Shown here: one piece after another, positions 1-14,200 of the stretch
How positions within the stretch are numbered: the stretch's first letter is position 1
Layout of the letters: each line of letters begins with the position of its first letter
Source: the human T2T-CHM13v2.0 reference genome, Homo sapiens
NCBI RefSeq assembly: GCF_009914755.1
Contig: NC_060946.1
Strand: one strand, 5' to 3'
Length of the DNA: 64,000 bases
Translations under genes and position numbers: made by a program
The notes under the pieces: model-generated
Seen by the model: only the letters and a program-made list of their open reading frames with translations
Told to the model about the DNA's origin: nothing
The model's database searches: none

Positions 1-578
1 GATTCTTCCAATCCATGAGCATGGAATATTTTTCTATTTGTTTGTGTCATCTCTGATCTCTTTGAGCAGTGTCTTGTAGTTCTCATTGTAGAGATCTGTC
101 ACCTCCCTGGTTAGCTGTATTCCTAGGTATTTTATTCACTTTGTGGCAATTGTGAATGGGACTGTGTTCCTGATTTGGCTCTCAGCTTGGCTGTTGTAGG
201 TATATAAGAATGCTAGTGATTTTTGTACATTGATTTGTTTTCTATGCTGAAACTTTGCTGAAGTTGTTTATCAGCTTAAAGAGCTTTTGGGCTGAGACCA
301 TGGGGATTTTCTAGGTATAGAATCACATCAATGGCAAACAGGGATAGCTTGACTTCCTTTCTTCCTATTTGGATGTGCTTTATTTCTTTCTCTTGCCTGA
401 CTCTCTTGGCCAAGACTTCCAATACTATGTTAAATTGGAGTGGTGAGAGAGGACAACCTTGTCTTTTGCCGGTTTTCAAGGGGAACGTTTCCAGCTTTTG
501 CCCATTCAGAATGATGTTGGCTGTGGATTTGTCATAGATGGCTCTTATTATTTTGAGGTATGTTCCTTCAATACCTAC
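1..578 (-). mobile_element. L1 (L1PA/L1PB-type) fragment, ORF2 reverse-transcriptase region, running off the left edge
   Basis: Minus-strand translation [32 protein letters not shown] is L1 ORF2 RT; the catalytic FADD is mutated to FAID. Confidence 0.95.
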
Positions 579-589
579 ATACTGAGGAA

Positions 590-915
590 CTTTTAATTGA
601 ATTGCAGAAAACAGTGAAACAAAGAGGAATTTTTCAAAGCAGCCAGAAAAAAGCGACACCATAAGTACAGAGAAACAAAAACAAGAATGACAGCAGACTT
701 CTCATCAGAAACTATGCAGGCCAGAAGATAATGGGATGGCGTATTTAAAGTGTTGATGCAGAAAATGCTAAAATTAGAATTCTGCACGCAACAAAAATAT
801 ATTTGAACAATTAAGAAAAAATGAAGACTTTTACACATCTATAAAAGCCGAGATAATTCACTACCAGTAGATTTGCCCTAAAAGCAATGTTAACAGGAAT
901 TCTTCAGGCAGAAGT
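590..915 (+). mobile_element. Old L1M fragment, ORF1 3' part
   Basis: agaatgacagcagacttctcatcagaaactatgcaggccagaaga...ttcttcaggcagaag is typical of the L1M ORF1 end. Confidence 0.85.
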
Positions 916-1809
916 GGGGAGACCAAGGTGTAGAAAAAGGGAGACCATGGCAAAGAGACGGGGCAGCTGAGGGGCAGATGGGGGACCTGAGAAGGGAGAC
1001 TCAGAAAGAATTAATTTGCAGCACACTGACTTTGATCTGACTGATTTAGAGCCTTTTGGTGCTGAGGCACCCTTTGCTCCCTGACCAGTCTCTTTCATAT
1101 GTACCCCACTGTTTTCTTTTGCCTCTTTTCCTGTAGAGTCCTGAATGTTGTCCCAGGGCTGCTCCTTCTCCTTCTCTCTGTTCCCAAATTGCTCACCCCA
1201 ACCCTACTCTCTCTTCACCTTCTTCCCTGGCCCCTGGAATTCCCTAGAGGGCAGGACATTTCTCTCTGCCTGCCCACCTCCCCTCCCCAAGAGACCATCT
1301 TCCTCCTATTGTCTCCTGTGTCAGCATACTCACATTTAAATGCTTGCTCACCCTTTAAGATGATGTCCTTCTATGACTTTTACTGTTTGCTGTCCTCCCT
1401 TCAGTATCTGTTGAATTTTTCTCATGTGCATACATTGCTTCAATCATATTAATGATAAAATAATGATGATATTGATAAAAACCCATGATGGGTAATGAAT
1501 GAATGAGAGAACGCATAAAGACTCTCAGTCCCAGACTATCACAAATGATGCAAGCTTAGAGGATACATGAGCGGATGTGGACATGTTTCCTAGCCTCCTC
1601 TGGAGCCAAGGGCACTTGCCACACAAATAATAAGGGACTCATGTTAGTGTAAGTCAGAAAAACCCCAGGCCATATGGAGGAAACGTCAGTCATCTCTTTC
1701 ACTCCTAGACCTCAACTTGTAGTCACTTGTGATTCTGAGAAGCATGGGCCTCAGCCTTTCTTTTCCCAAATGCTCTTTGCTTGGATACTCAGGGCCACTG
1801 TGAAAACAC

Positions 1810-1990
1810 ATTAGGTGCAGAGTGTCAGTCTCAAATGGACCAGGGTTTACTTTCAGCTCTGCCTCTTATTTGCCTGTGTACCTCCAGGTAAGTAAACTTT
1901 ATCTTCCTGGGACTTGATTCCCTTTCCTGTGAACTGGGAATAATCCACCTCTTGAGGCATCTGGGAGGCCCAAATGAGATAATAAGTGGG
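1810..1990 (+). mobile_element. MIR
   Basis: Degenerate MIR core (cagctctgcctcttatttgcctgtgtacc...gtgaactgggaataat). Confidence 0.6.
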
Positions 1991-4388
1991 AGTAACTGGC
2001 ATGAAATGGAGATTTTTTCCCTTTTCCTATCTGTGTCAATTACCTCCAGGTGGTAATGGTTTGGCCTGCTGCCTCCTGATAGTCTTCTAGACAATGCCTT
2101 AAGCCCTGGTGCCACAACAGACCCATGGGGAAGGGGCTTGGAGGCACTCTGTCTCCTTTCCATAAGGGCTCCTGGGCTGTTCACTTCACCTGCCTAAGCC
2201 TCTGTCTCCTCAACTGCAAAATGGGCATCACTGTGCCACTTCATAGGGCCAGTGTAAGAATTCAGAGGGAATTTTTGGGAAAACACTTTGTAATCTGCCA
2301 GTGCTCTGCAGCATAGATCAGAAACTAAGACTTAGAGCCCTTAGATGATCTGCTCAGGATCTCCCCATCTATGACATTACAGCTTAGCATTCACATCTGA
2401 CAGTTGGATTATTAGTGCATATGAATAAGAGCCAATTACATATAATTGCTAATACTGTTTAGTAATAAAAAAAGCACTGTGACTAATGGAGTGTGTGATC
2501 TGCAGCAGGCAGTGGTGTGGCCACGTTGGGGGCTGTCACGGCAGTCTACACGGATGATGAAGAGTATTTATTACTGGCATTGTTTAGAAACGGTGGTGCG
2601 TGGGGATAATACAAAGCAGCTCAGATTTTAGTAAGCTTTATAATGGTTTTTAAATTATCTGCAGACAATGCAGCCCCTTCTTGCCTGCACTCCAGGCGGC
2701 CCATTCCCACCACGATGTAGTAAGCAGTTTCAGAACTTTCTCTAAGGCTCTGACAACCCCGTGCAGGAGGTGTACTTCTCTGCTGGTTTAAAAAAAGGAA
2801 ACTGAGGTGCAGTTGAAGACATTTTTCCAAGGAAGACACAGTTTTAAAACCATCGTCTCTCCCTGCTGAGGCTTAGATGGTCTCCAGAAAAGCCTCAAGG
2901 GCCAGGGTCTTCAATGAGCCCTTTGGGGACCCTACCCGGTGGTTTGGGGAGAGAGGGCTGCCCCATTCATTTCACAGAAGCAGCTTGCCTGAGGCAGGAA
3001 CTCTGGGGTCCCCTCTGGTCTTTATCACTCTTGCCTCCCTCTCCTCACCTTCACACCTTCTTCCAAGAGGAAGGCACCCAGGCCTCGACACAGCCAGAGA
3101 GCACACCTTAAAAACCTTTAAAAAGGAGCAAGATGCATGTGCTGTTGGTGAGCAGCTCAGTTACCCCTCACGGGGCCCTTGAGCCAGCCATTTCCTGGCG
3201 TGGGATGCATGATGACTCCGTGCGGAAGGACTTTTGCCGCAGGCTGCACAGCCCAGATGGAGCTGCTTTGGGGGCTGTGCACGGGCCTGGCATGGAAGAG
3301 AGAATCACTCGAGCCCTGCGGGGCAGTGATGGGAAGTGGGGCCAGCTCCTGTCTTGCAGCAGCAAGCAGAGGCTAAGAGCACAGAGGAGCTGAGGTCCCA
3401 GGGCAGCGTGGCTCTGGCCACACTGTGGTTGGGGCCAACAGGCCTTCTGGAAATGTCCCAGCTGTGGCTTTGTTCTGTGCCCGGGGGAAAATGACCTCTT
3501 GCAGGCCCTTCCAGGATGAGACAGACAACAATTTTCTAGATAATTCAGGCTCCAAAATCTCTCTCTGCCTTCATTCCAATGATTCAGGGTTGTTGTGGGA
3601 ATTCTGAGGAACAACTTGAACGGCATCAAACCAAGAATAGGAACCAATGGCTCAAATGGCTGAATCCAGCACCAAATCCCAATATTAATTTTCTATAAAC
3701 GTAATACAGATGAAATCAAAGTTGTTTTTGTTTTTAAACAAAACCAAACCCAAGTGGATCAGTTGGAACTTGCATCAAACCTCTGCGTGTCCTAAAATTA
3801 ACAAACCAGAACAAAATTGGAAAATAGAAACTTTTTTGAGTGAAAACACCATTTCATCAGGTTTGTTGAACCAGGGTTTTTTTTACGCCCCTTTAAAAGA
3901 TAGAAAAAATTCCAAATGTGAAAGTAATAATCTCAGTACAAAACATTCAGAAAAACCCAAACAGTTTAAAAAAGGAATATCACCTCCAATCCCACCAGTG
4001 GGATATTTCCAAAGCTTTTTCCTTTTTCTTTTTTTTTCCCCCACAACTCTTTTCAATGCATCTTTTTCTTTCCTTTTTACATAAATGGGATTGTTCTATA
4101 AAGGCTATCTTATCTTCTGCTTTAGTTCATTAAGACTGTCTCATGGAGAAGTTCCCTATCAATATCTAGAAAGCCAAGTTATTATTCTTAATGTTGAAAA
4201 AGTATTCCATTGGACATATGCTGGTTTATTTCACTAATCGGATTACTGTACAGGTAGTTATTTAGGTTACTTCCATTATTTTACTTTTACAAATAATGTT
4301 TCAGTGAATGGCTTTGCATATAAATCTTCATACCCTGGACTGATTATTTTGGATACATTACCCCAAAAAAGTGTTTCTAAGTCAAAGA

Positions 4389-4405
4389 ATATGTATATAT
4401 ATATA

Positions 4406-4438
<33 letters not shown>

Positions 4439-4472
4439 GTGTGTGTATGTGTGTGTGTGTGTGTGTGTGTAT
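4389..4472. repeat. (TA)n-(CA)14-(TG)n compound, self-complementary microsatellite
   Basis: Read directly from the sequence. Confidence 0.97.
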
Positions 4473-4503
4473 TTACTTTTCATACATATTTCCAGATATG
4501 CCC

Positions 4504-5242
<739 letters not shown>

Positions 5243-5398
5243 CGCCCCCCATGAAAGATCATAACAATTTTCACTCCCACCATCAGCAGATGAACATCGC
5301 CCTTTCTCTATACCCTGCCTAACAGTGACATGCCGGAGATGCTCTTCACTCTTCTTCTCCTTCCACATCTCCAAAGGGAGCTGTCCTACCCACAGCTG

Positions 5399-5512
5399 TA
5401 GAGTGACTAATTGTCCCTGTTTGCCCAAGACTGAGGTGGGTCTTTGGACATGGGAATTTCAGTTTTCAAACCAGGAAACTCCTGGGCAAACTGGAATGGG
5501 TTGGTCACCCTA
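5399..5512. mobile_element. MER81-like hAT-Blackjack MITE
   Basis: TIRs tagagtgact/ggtcacccta, 114 bp long; 8-bp TSD cacagctg/cacagccc. Confidence 0.8.
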
Positions 5513-6399
5513 CACAGCCCATAACAGCTGGGTGGCCAGGATTTTTTGAGTGCACATGCTCCAGTGCTGAGTTTTGCCTCAACTGATCGAACCAGGAGTG
5601 GATACCTGGCCCTAGGATGTCTAATGACTTGGCATGGGGAGACGATCTGAACCAATTGGATTCATTCTCTTGGGAATTTGTTTTGGGAACAAGAAAATAA
5701 TTCATCAGTTAGCAGTGAGAAATAGGTCTGAAAGGTCATTAACTAAAGGGTGACCAATAAAGTTTAAACACCAGCCAAAGTGATGGGGGAGAAGAAGCTG
5801 AGGGTAAAGAAGAGGAGCTGTTTCTAAGCAAGAGACAGAGAGAGGGGCAAGCAGAGTAATTGTGTTGTGTTTATGGAGAAGAAAGATTCTTCAATGTTCC
5901 TGTCCATCCCAAGGCTCTCTTGCTGTCCTTCTCCAGATTCCTGTGCACCTGTACTCAAAATAACTGCCTATGCCTCTTCCTTCTTATCAACTTGCTACCA
6001 CTGGAAGAAATCTCAATTCCTTGCAAGCCAAGAGGTCTATTCAACACTCCTGGGTATCATCCATCACTTTCACCCTTGCCAACCAATCTGATTGGCCAAA
6101 ATGGACTTCTTACCTAATTTTGTTAGAATTTGCATTTCTTGAATAATACCAAGTTCAAACATCTTCTCGGAAATGCTTGCTTCCAGGAGTTGGTCTGTGG
6201 GCCAGGGGCAGGTGGAGAACGAGGTACAGGGCAAGACTCGCTGGATGGTTTGATCAGGTGTCTGATGCCCTCTTTTCTTAACCTCAGTTTGACAACCTGC
6301 CTCAGCTTTCCAGCACTGACTCTGGCCTGGTGACCTGAGGGTGGTCCTATGGGCCACAGCCCTACATCTTGGTCTTTCTGGCTTTTTAATCCCAGGCTA

Positions 6400-7470
6400 A
6401 CAACCTCACGAAGATTAAACCCATCTCTGCTGCCGAGCAGGAAGAATTTCACCTTGACTCCTCAATTGAGGCTGCCTTTGTCCTTGGTCTTTCCCCTGCC
6501 ACTTGTGCTCTTTAGTTTTCTCATGGCCACAGGCTCCTTATCATTTGGGTTTCAGCTCAAATATTAGCTCCTTTGAGAAGGCTACCCTGACTGTCTCAAC
6601 TAATGTGGCTTCTGCTTCATGCACTCTTCCTAATATTGCTGTTTTATTTTCTGTATGGAACTTATCACTATTTCAAAGCATATGATTCATTTTCATTGTT
6701 TGCCTCCCCCACCAGATACAAGCTTCATGGGACGTGTCTAGGGTGTCCTGCTCACTGTATCCCCAGTGTGTAGGACAGTGCCTTGCAGGTGAGCTGCTAC
6801 TGACTGCTTGACTGAGCTAATTAATTAATGACAGACAAAGAAAATTTGCTGCAGCAAAAGTGGCTTGGCCTCTTGTCATAATCAGCCCGAGCGGGGATAG
6901 CTCACAAGACCATGTGATTTGGGGTTCTGATGTATTTCCCAGAAACTCTGTTGTGGCATTTCTGCTTGAAACTTTCAGTGGCTCTCCACTGCAATTGAAA
7001 TACCAGGGCTGGCAGGGCTTGACCTCTGTTCATCTGCTCAGTGCCCTCTCCTCCCCTTTGCCCCTTTCTCACTCAGCTTCAGACCCACTGGCATTCTTTG
7101 AGATCCTTGAGTCAAGAAGCTCTGTCTGTCTCTGAGCCTTTGCATGCACTATTCCCTCTGCCTGGAATGTGCGAATCCCTGTTTTATCTGCAGTCCAGAG
7201 AAACTTTCTGTGACCTTCATACCAAAGCTTCTTCCACTGGGCTTGGCCTCTATCACTTCCACTTGCTCACTTCCTTCATTGCACATGCTGTGATAGTTCC
7301 TTATTCATTTGCTTTTAGATTATGTGCCTCTCCCCATTCTCTTCCCCATGAATTTTAAGTGTCATGAGTGGAGACACTGTATTTTTTTTCCCTTTTTTGG
7401 TCTATCACTGTATCGTCAAACCCAGGACAGATGCTTGGTCATTATTTATTGAATGGATGGATGAATGAAT
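6400..7470 (+). mobile_element. Two L2 3'-end fragments
   Basis: L2 3' motifs (cctctgcctggaatg; ctcactgtatccccagtg; ttgaatggatggatgaatgaat). Confidence 0.7.
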
Positions 7471-7886
7471 GAGCTATTCTAAAATCAAAGCCAGCCACTG
7501 TAATAGGCCACCTCTAACATTTAACTGACTCATGGTTGATCATTCTGTATATTAAATTAATTCAGTTGCCAGAAAATGTCTGCATTCAGTCATCCTCAGG
7601 GGTACACCAGAAAGTTATAGGCTTAAGAATAAACACTGTAGGCTTTGTAGAAACTGTTTTATGGGCTTTAAGCTTCACCTACATTTTAAATTTTCTGCCC
7701 CTAGTTCCTCCGTGGTCAGGTACACTTTCAGAGGCTTGCTTTGCTTCTCATGCAAGCCTTCAGTGGGCTCCAGCATATTGCTGAAGATCATGTGGGTTCT
7801 GTCTTTGGGTCATTTTAACTATCCTTGCCTTGGTGGCCTGTGCCTCCATTCAGACTTGACAATATGTCCTAGAAAACAGATATCCC

Positions 7887-8257
<371 letters not shown>

Positions 8258-9304
8258 CTACTGTACAAATCCCCTTGGAGTGACCTTCCCAGTAACCCAG
8301 TTATGTGTGACTACGAAGGAGGGAGGATTCTTTCCAGATGAGCTTGAGGAACACAGAAGGAACTATGTGGCTTGATTCTGTACACAGCTCAGGACAATGG
8401 TCTCCTTGCAAGGGGGAGCATCTTTTCCTGAATGCCTTTAGCTGATAAGGTTAGCTTTTCCATGGAAAAGTGGCCAAGCCTCAGTTGTCCAAAATGGGTT
8501 TGGATTTCAGCTGAAATCATATCTGTTTAGGCAGTGAGATCTGAAGGCCCCTCATGCTAAGTGGAAAGGGCATTGTACAGGAGCCAAGAGACCCAGACTC
8601 TAGTCTTATCCAGCAACTGACAGTTATGTGACTGTGGTCAGGTCACTTCCACTCTGTGGACCTCAGTTTCCCTATCTGTAAAATGGGAGTTTGTCTGGCT
8701 GGTCTCTAAGGACCCTTTCATAACAATTTCAGTGGTTCTCAACCCTGGCTGCAGGTTAGAATTGCCTTGGGGAGTGGGTAGAGCCAAGCCACCAGCATTT
8801 TTAAAAAATGCCCAAGAGATTCAGAAGTCTGGCATATTCTGGAATGCCAGCCCATAGCAGATGACAAGACTGAAGACTGTGGACCAGCTGAGACTTTCAG
8901 TAACTTTTCTTTTTTTTTTTTCTTGAAGTGTCTCTGGCAACTCTAGATAACTAGATTCTAAGTATAGCTCATGACCTGCATATGAGCTATTTAACAAACT
9001 CTTCTAAAATGATTACCTAAATCTTGTTGCGAATGCCACCCCACTAGACATTATAATCTCTGATTAAGATAGGCTTTGTGCTGCTACTTCCTGGCTGTAT
9101 GAAATTGGAAAAATTCTTTGATCTTTTGTTTCCTCATTTACAAAATATGGGCACTATTTGTACCTCTTCTAGTGTTTCTGTGGGAATTACATGAGGCCAG
9201 GTATATAAAGCATCCAACATCATACTTAGCATATAGTAGATGCTCAATGAATGTAAGTTCTTCCCGCTCATCTCCCATGGTATTTAGTTTGGGTATCTTT
9301 GCAT

Positions 9305-9762
9305 GGAACAACTTTCCCCGAAGTATGTTCTGCGGAGCGCTCCTTCCCCCAAGATGCTTCCCACAAGATAATAAAGGAATTTTATGATGAAATACATTAG
9401 GAAAACCTACATGCCACAGTCTCTTCTTGAAGTGGTATTCAGTAATGTGCTGGTAAGCCAGCTCTCTGAAAAAAACAAAAACAAAGCCTCAGATATGTAG
9501 CGTTTGCTTATTTTCATGGAATAAATACTATCACCCTGGCCAAGTCCAAATTACCAAATTTGTGTCACTGAACTATAAGAGCTGGTTCCAGCACACTACT
9601 AAAGTAATTGTTGGCATTTTCTAGTCTCTGGTATGTCCTGTAATAAATACAGCTGTTTATTTAGCTCAGTGTTTCCCAAATGTATGGAACCCTTTTGTCT
9701 CCTAATACCTCTTGACATCCTATGGCACTGGTGTTTCCTGAAACACACTTTGGGAATTGCTG
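9305..9762. mobile_element. Charlie-type hAT fossil with a MER63-like insert (~9440-9600)
   Basis: Ends ttccccgaagtatgttc / aaacacactttgggaattgctg; internal TIRs cagtaatgtgctgg / ccagcacactact. Confidence 0.6.
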
Positions 9763-9836
9763 ATGTGAAATAACGTAAATATTTGTTCGTTTCTAAAAAT
9801 TCATCAGCATGCTACCATTTTTAAAAAGTGAAAGAT

Positions 9837-10134
9837 GGCTGGGCGCGGTGGCTCACGCCTGTAATCCCAGCACTTTGGGAGGCCGAGGTGGGTGGATCAC
9901 AAGGTCAGGAATTCAAGACTAGCCTGGCCAAGATGGTGAAACCCCGTCTCTACTAAAAATACAAAATATTAGCCAAGCATGGTGGCGGGCGCCTGTAATC
10001 CCAGTTACTCGGGAGGCTGAGGCAGAGAATTGCTTGAACTCGGGAGGCAGAGGTTGCAGTGAGCCAAGATCGTGCCACTGCACTCCTGCCTGGGTGACAG
10101 AGCAAGACTCTGTCTCAAAAAAAAAAAAAAAAAA
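9837..10134 (+). mobile_element. AluSg-like
   Basis: Full dimer with long A tail; TSD aaaaagtgaaag. Confidence 0.97.
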
Positions 10135-10610
10135 AAAAAGTGAAAGCATAGTCTGCACAATTAGGAGCAGTGTGCAAGGAAAGAAGTACAGAGGAGACAT
10201 GAGACAGCACACACAAAGTGATTGGTGAACAACAGCTGTGCTGGAACCAAGTACTCCACGGAGGCTTTGATTGTCAGTGCAGAGAATGAGCCCAGAAAGA
10301 GCTAGGGAATCCTGGAGAGCCCTCTGGAGGAGGTGGCTGTCAGCTGAGCCTTAGAGCACTGGAGGGCTTGGGAGGTTTTGAAGAAGATCAAAGGAGAGAA
10401 AGGATGCTGCAAATGGGTAGAGCCCACACAAAGATGTGGATGGGACAATGAGGCTGTGTTTGGTGATCCTGCCCCAACCCCATCTGATTTCCTTCAGCGT
10501 TTTCCCTGAAGCAGTTGGTGTACCCATCTCCAAAGAGTAAAGTTCCCACTTGAGTACCTCATCCCTTCCTGTCTGTCTACTTGGACATGTGTCTGTGTGT
10601 GTCTTTCTGA

Positions 10611-11362
<752 letters not shown>

Positions 11363-12899
11363 ATTATTACTTTTGACCACTCCTTGGGTCCTAGGCAGTC
11401 TTCTAAGAAACTTACATATATCAACTCATTTAGTCCTGTTATAACCCTGCAAGGTAACTATCTGCCCTTTACACATGAAGAAACTGAGGTTAAGCAGCTT
11501 GCTTGAGTCCACAGAGCTAGCAAGTAGCAGACCAGATTGAGAGCTCAGCTAGATCTGACCCCTGAGCCCACGATGCTATACTCCTGCCTGCTTCAGGGAA
11601 GTCTGAACTCACCTAAGATTCAGTAAGAAGAAAGACCCCTGTAAGGTCCCTTGAGTCTCCTGGGTAGATGAAGGCTGGAAGCCCTCAGTGTTTGGGGCCC
11701 AATATCTGACATCACCAATCTCTCCCATATCGGGTGAATGAGGCCCCAGCCATGGTGATCTGGGGTAGTCAGGTCACCCTGAGCAGTGAGGGCTGTGCAT
11801 GTGGCTGGAATGGATGCTGCTTCTCTGAGTTGTCAGCCAGACATGTCCAGGAAGGAGTGGGGGACCAGGTCTGGCAGTCTCAGCCTCTGAGGTGGCTCTT
11901 TATTCTGGGGGTGGTGGTGGGGGTTATGGGTGATGTCAGACTTGGGCAAGCTGAGGGCTGGGGCCAGGAAGCGGCTGGCAAGACAAGCTCTTGGCAGAGA
12001 TGGCTCACTCTGCACTTGAGAACAGCCATTGCTGAGCTGAATCCAGCTCTCAAGAGTGGTCAAGCTGAAGAGTGTGGAGAGAGGTGAAGGATTCTTGGCT
12101 GTGGAGTCAGACTGCTGGAGTCTGACTGACAAGGCCTGTCAAACGCCTTCCACTGCGGATCTGACTTGAAATGGGAGCTTTGGTCTCAGTTTCTGCATGG
12201 AGGCCTGGTATGGCCTCACCCCGTGGCGGCCTCATCTTAAACCTTTCTGTTTGTGCACGCAAGCATGCATGTATCCATGTGGGTTCAACAGGTTTAAGAA
12301 TGAGGCTCTCTGTAGCTATTTCAGATCCAATCACGTCAAGCCCAGACAGAGATTTAAGGCGACTAGCTTGTGTTGTTTCCTGTCGAATTCCTTGGCCTTC
12401 TTGGAATAAGACTCATAAGGTTAGTTTACACAGCCAGGATGTCTTTCCCAGCTGGAGCAGGGTGGGGTGGAGATTGATTGGTGCTGTGCTACTCCCAGTC
12501 TGGCGAGTAGGCAGTTACTATGGAGGGGCCCAGGCTGGGGAGCTTACGGCCTTGCTTCCCATATTCTCCCACATCCCCTTCTAGGGCCCTCCCTGCTGCC
12601 TTGCCCTCTCCATCAGAATCACCCCAGATTCTGCTCCACCAAGTCCACCATGATCTCTGCTATGTCCACTGTGTGCTTTAAAGGAACACTTCTCTGACCT
12701 CAATGCTCTGCCAAGGGAAAGACTCCAAACTGCTTCTTTGAGCAAGGGGTGGTCACTGGTAGGACCCGAGGTGTGCCCCTGACCTGGAAGCAGCCAAGCA
12801 TGCTATGAGACAAGTACTGTCTCATAGTCCTTTTTTCAAGGACTGAAAAAAAAAAAAAAAGAAAAAAGAAAATGTAGAAAAGGCAATCCATATATTGGC

Positions 12900-13130
12900 A
12901 TTCTTAGCCATAGACTGTAACAATTGATTTATATGTTCAAGGAAATAAATGAAAAAGATGGAAAATTTCCACATAGAAGTGAAACTGACCAAAAAAAAAA
13001 AATCAACCAGAAATTCCAGAACTGAATAATGAAATAACTCATTTTAAGTGTCCAAGAGATAGGTTTAACATAACTTTAGACACAAATGAAGACAGGATCA
13101 ATGAACAGGAAGACAGAAAGATAAAATACA
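12900..13130 (+). mobile_element. Old L1M ORF1 fragment
   Basis: agaaattccagaactgaataatgaaataact...gacacaaatgaagacaggatcaatgaac. Confidence 0.7.
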
Positions 13131-13896
13131 TGTGTGACTGATCACACCCTTACAGGTCTCCCACAACTCCACATGACTTACCTACCGGCACCCAGCGTTC
13201 CTTTTAATATTATACTCTCCTGTCCCATTTCTCCTCTACATCCAACTTATTCTTTACCCACATAAGAATGACTACTCTCTGTTCCCAAACATGCTATGCA
13301 TATTCTTGCTTTTATGTCCACTTCTTATTCCAGGAAGTCTTGACTTCCATTTTTATCTGGTCGACAGATCAGCCTCATCTTCCAAGGACCAGCTCAGACA
13401 TCACCTTCTCTATGAAGCCTTCCTCAGGCTTTTCCTGGTTCTTCCCTCATCCCCTCTTTGAGGTCCTGGGGAGGAGGGGATCCTCTAAAACAGTTCTTAG
13501 CACCACATACTAAAATTACTCAATATGTCTATTTCTCTCCTAGAATAGGACTTCACCAACGGTAAGGTACATGTGTTATTCATCTTTTGCGTCTCAGTTC
13601 CTGGCATAATTCCTAGCATACAGTTAGTATTAAATATTATAAGGAAGAATGCAAGAACCAAACTCTTTTGGAGCCCACAGATAAGTATCTTACAACCTTT
13701 GATAAACGAATACTGGTGAAACTGTGATTTGGTGTTTAAAATCTCATTTGTCCATTTGTTCATTTTCCCCACCACTCCACCAGAATATAAGTTCCATGAA
13801 GATAGGGATTGTTTTGTGTGTGGCTGTTCTGTTCACCGTTGCATCCAAATGCCCAGCATATAGTAAATGTTCAAGAAATGAACACTCTAACACTTA

Positions 13897-14200
<304 letters not shown>

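Noticed and set aside
276-662. 128-aa ORF with an RT motif
   Set aside because: Fragment of a dead L1 ORF2 fused to antisense L1M sequence; catalytic motif mutated
3133-3647. Overlapping GC-rich ORFs of 86-159 aa
   Set aside because: No recognisable domain or exon structure
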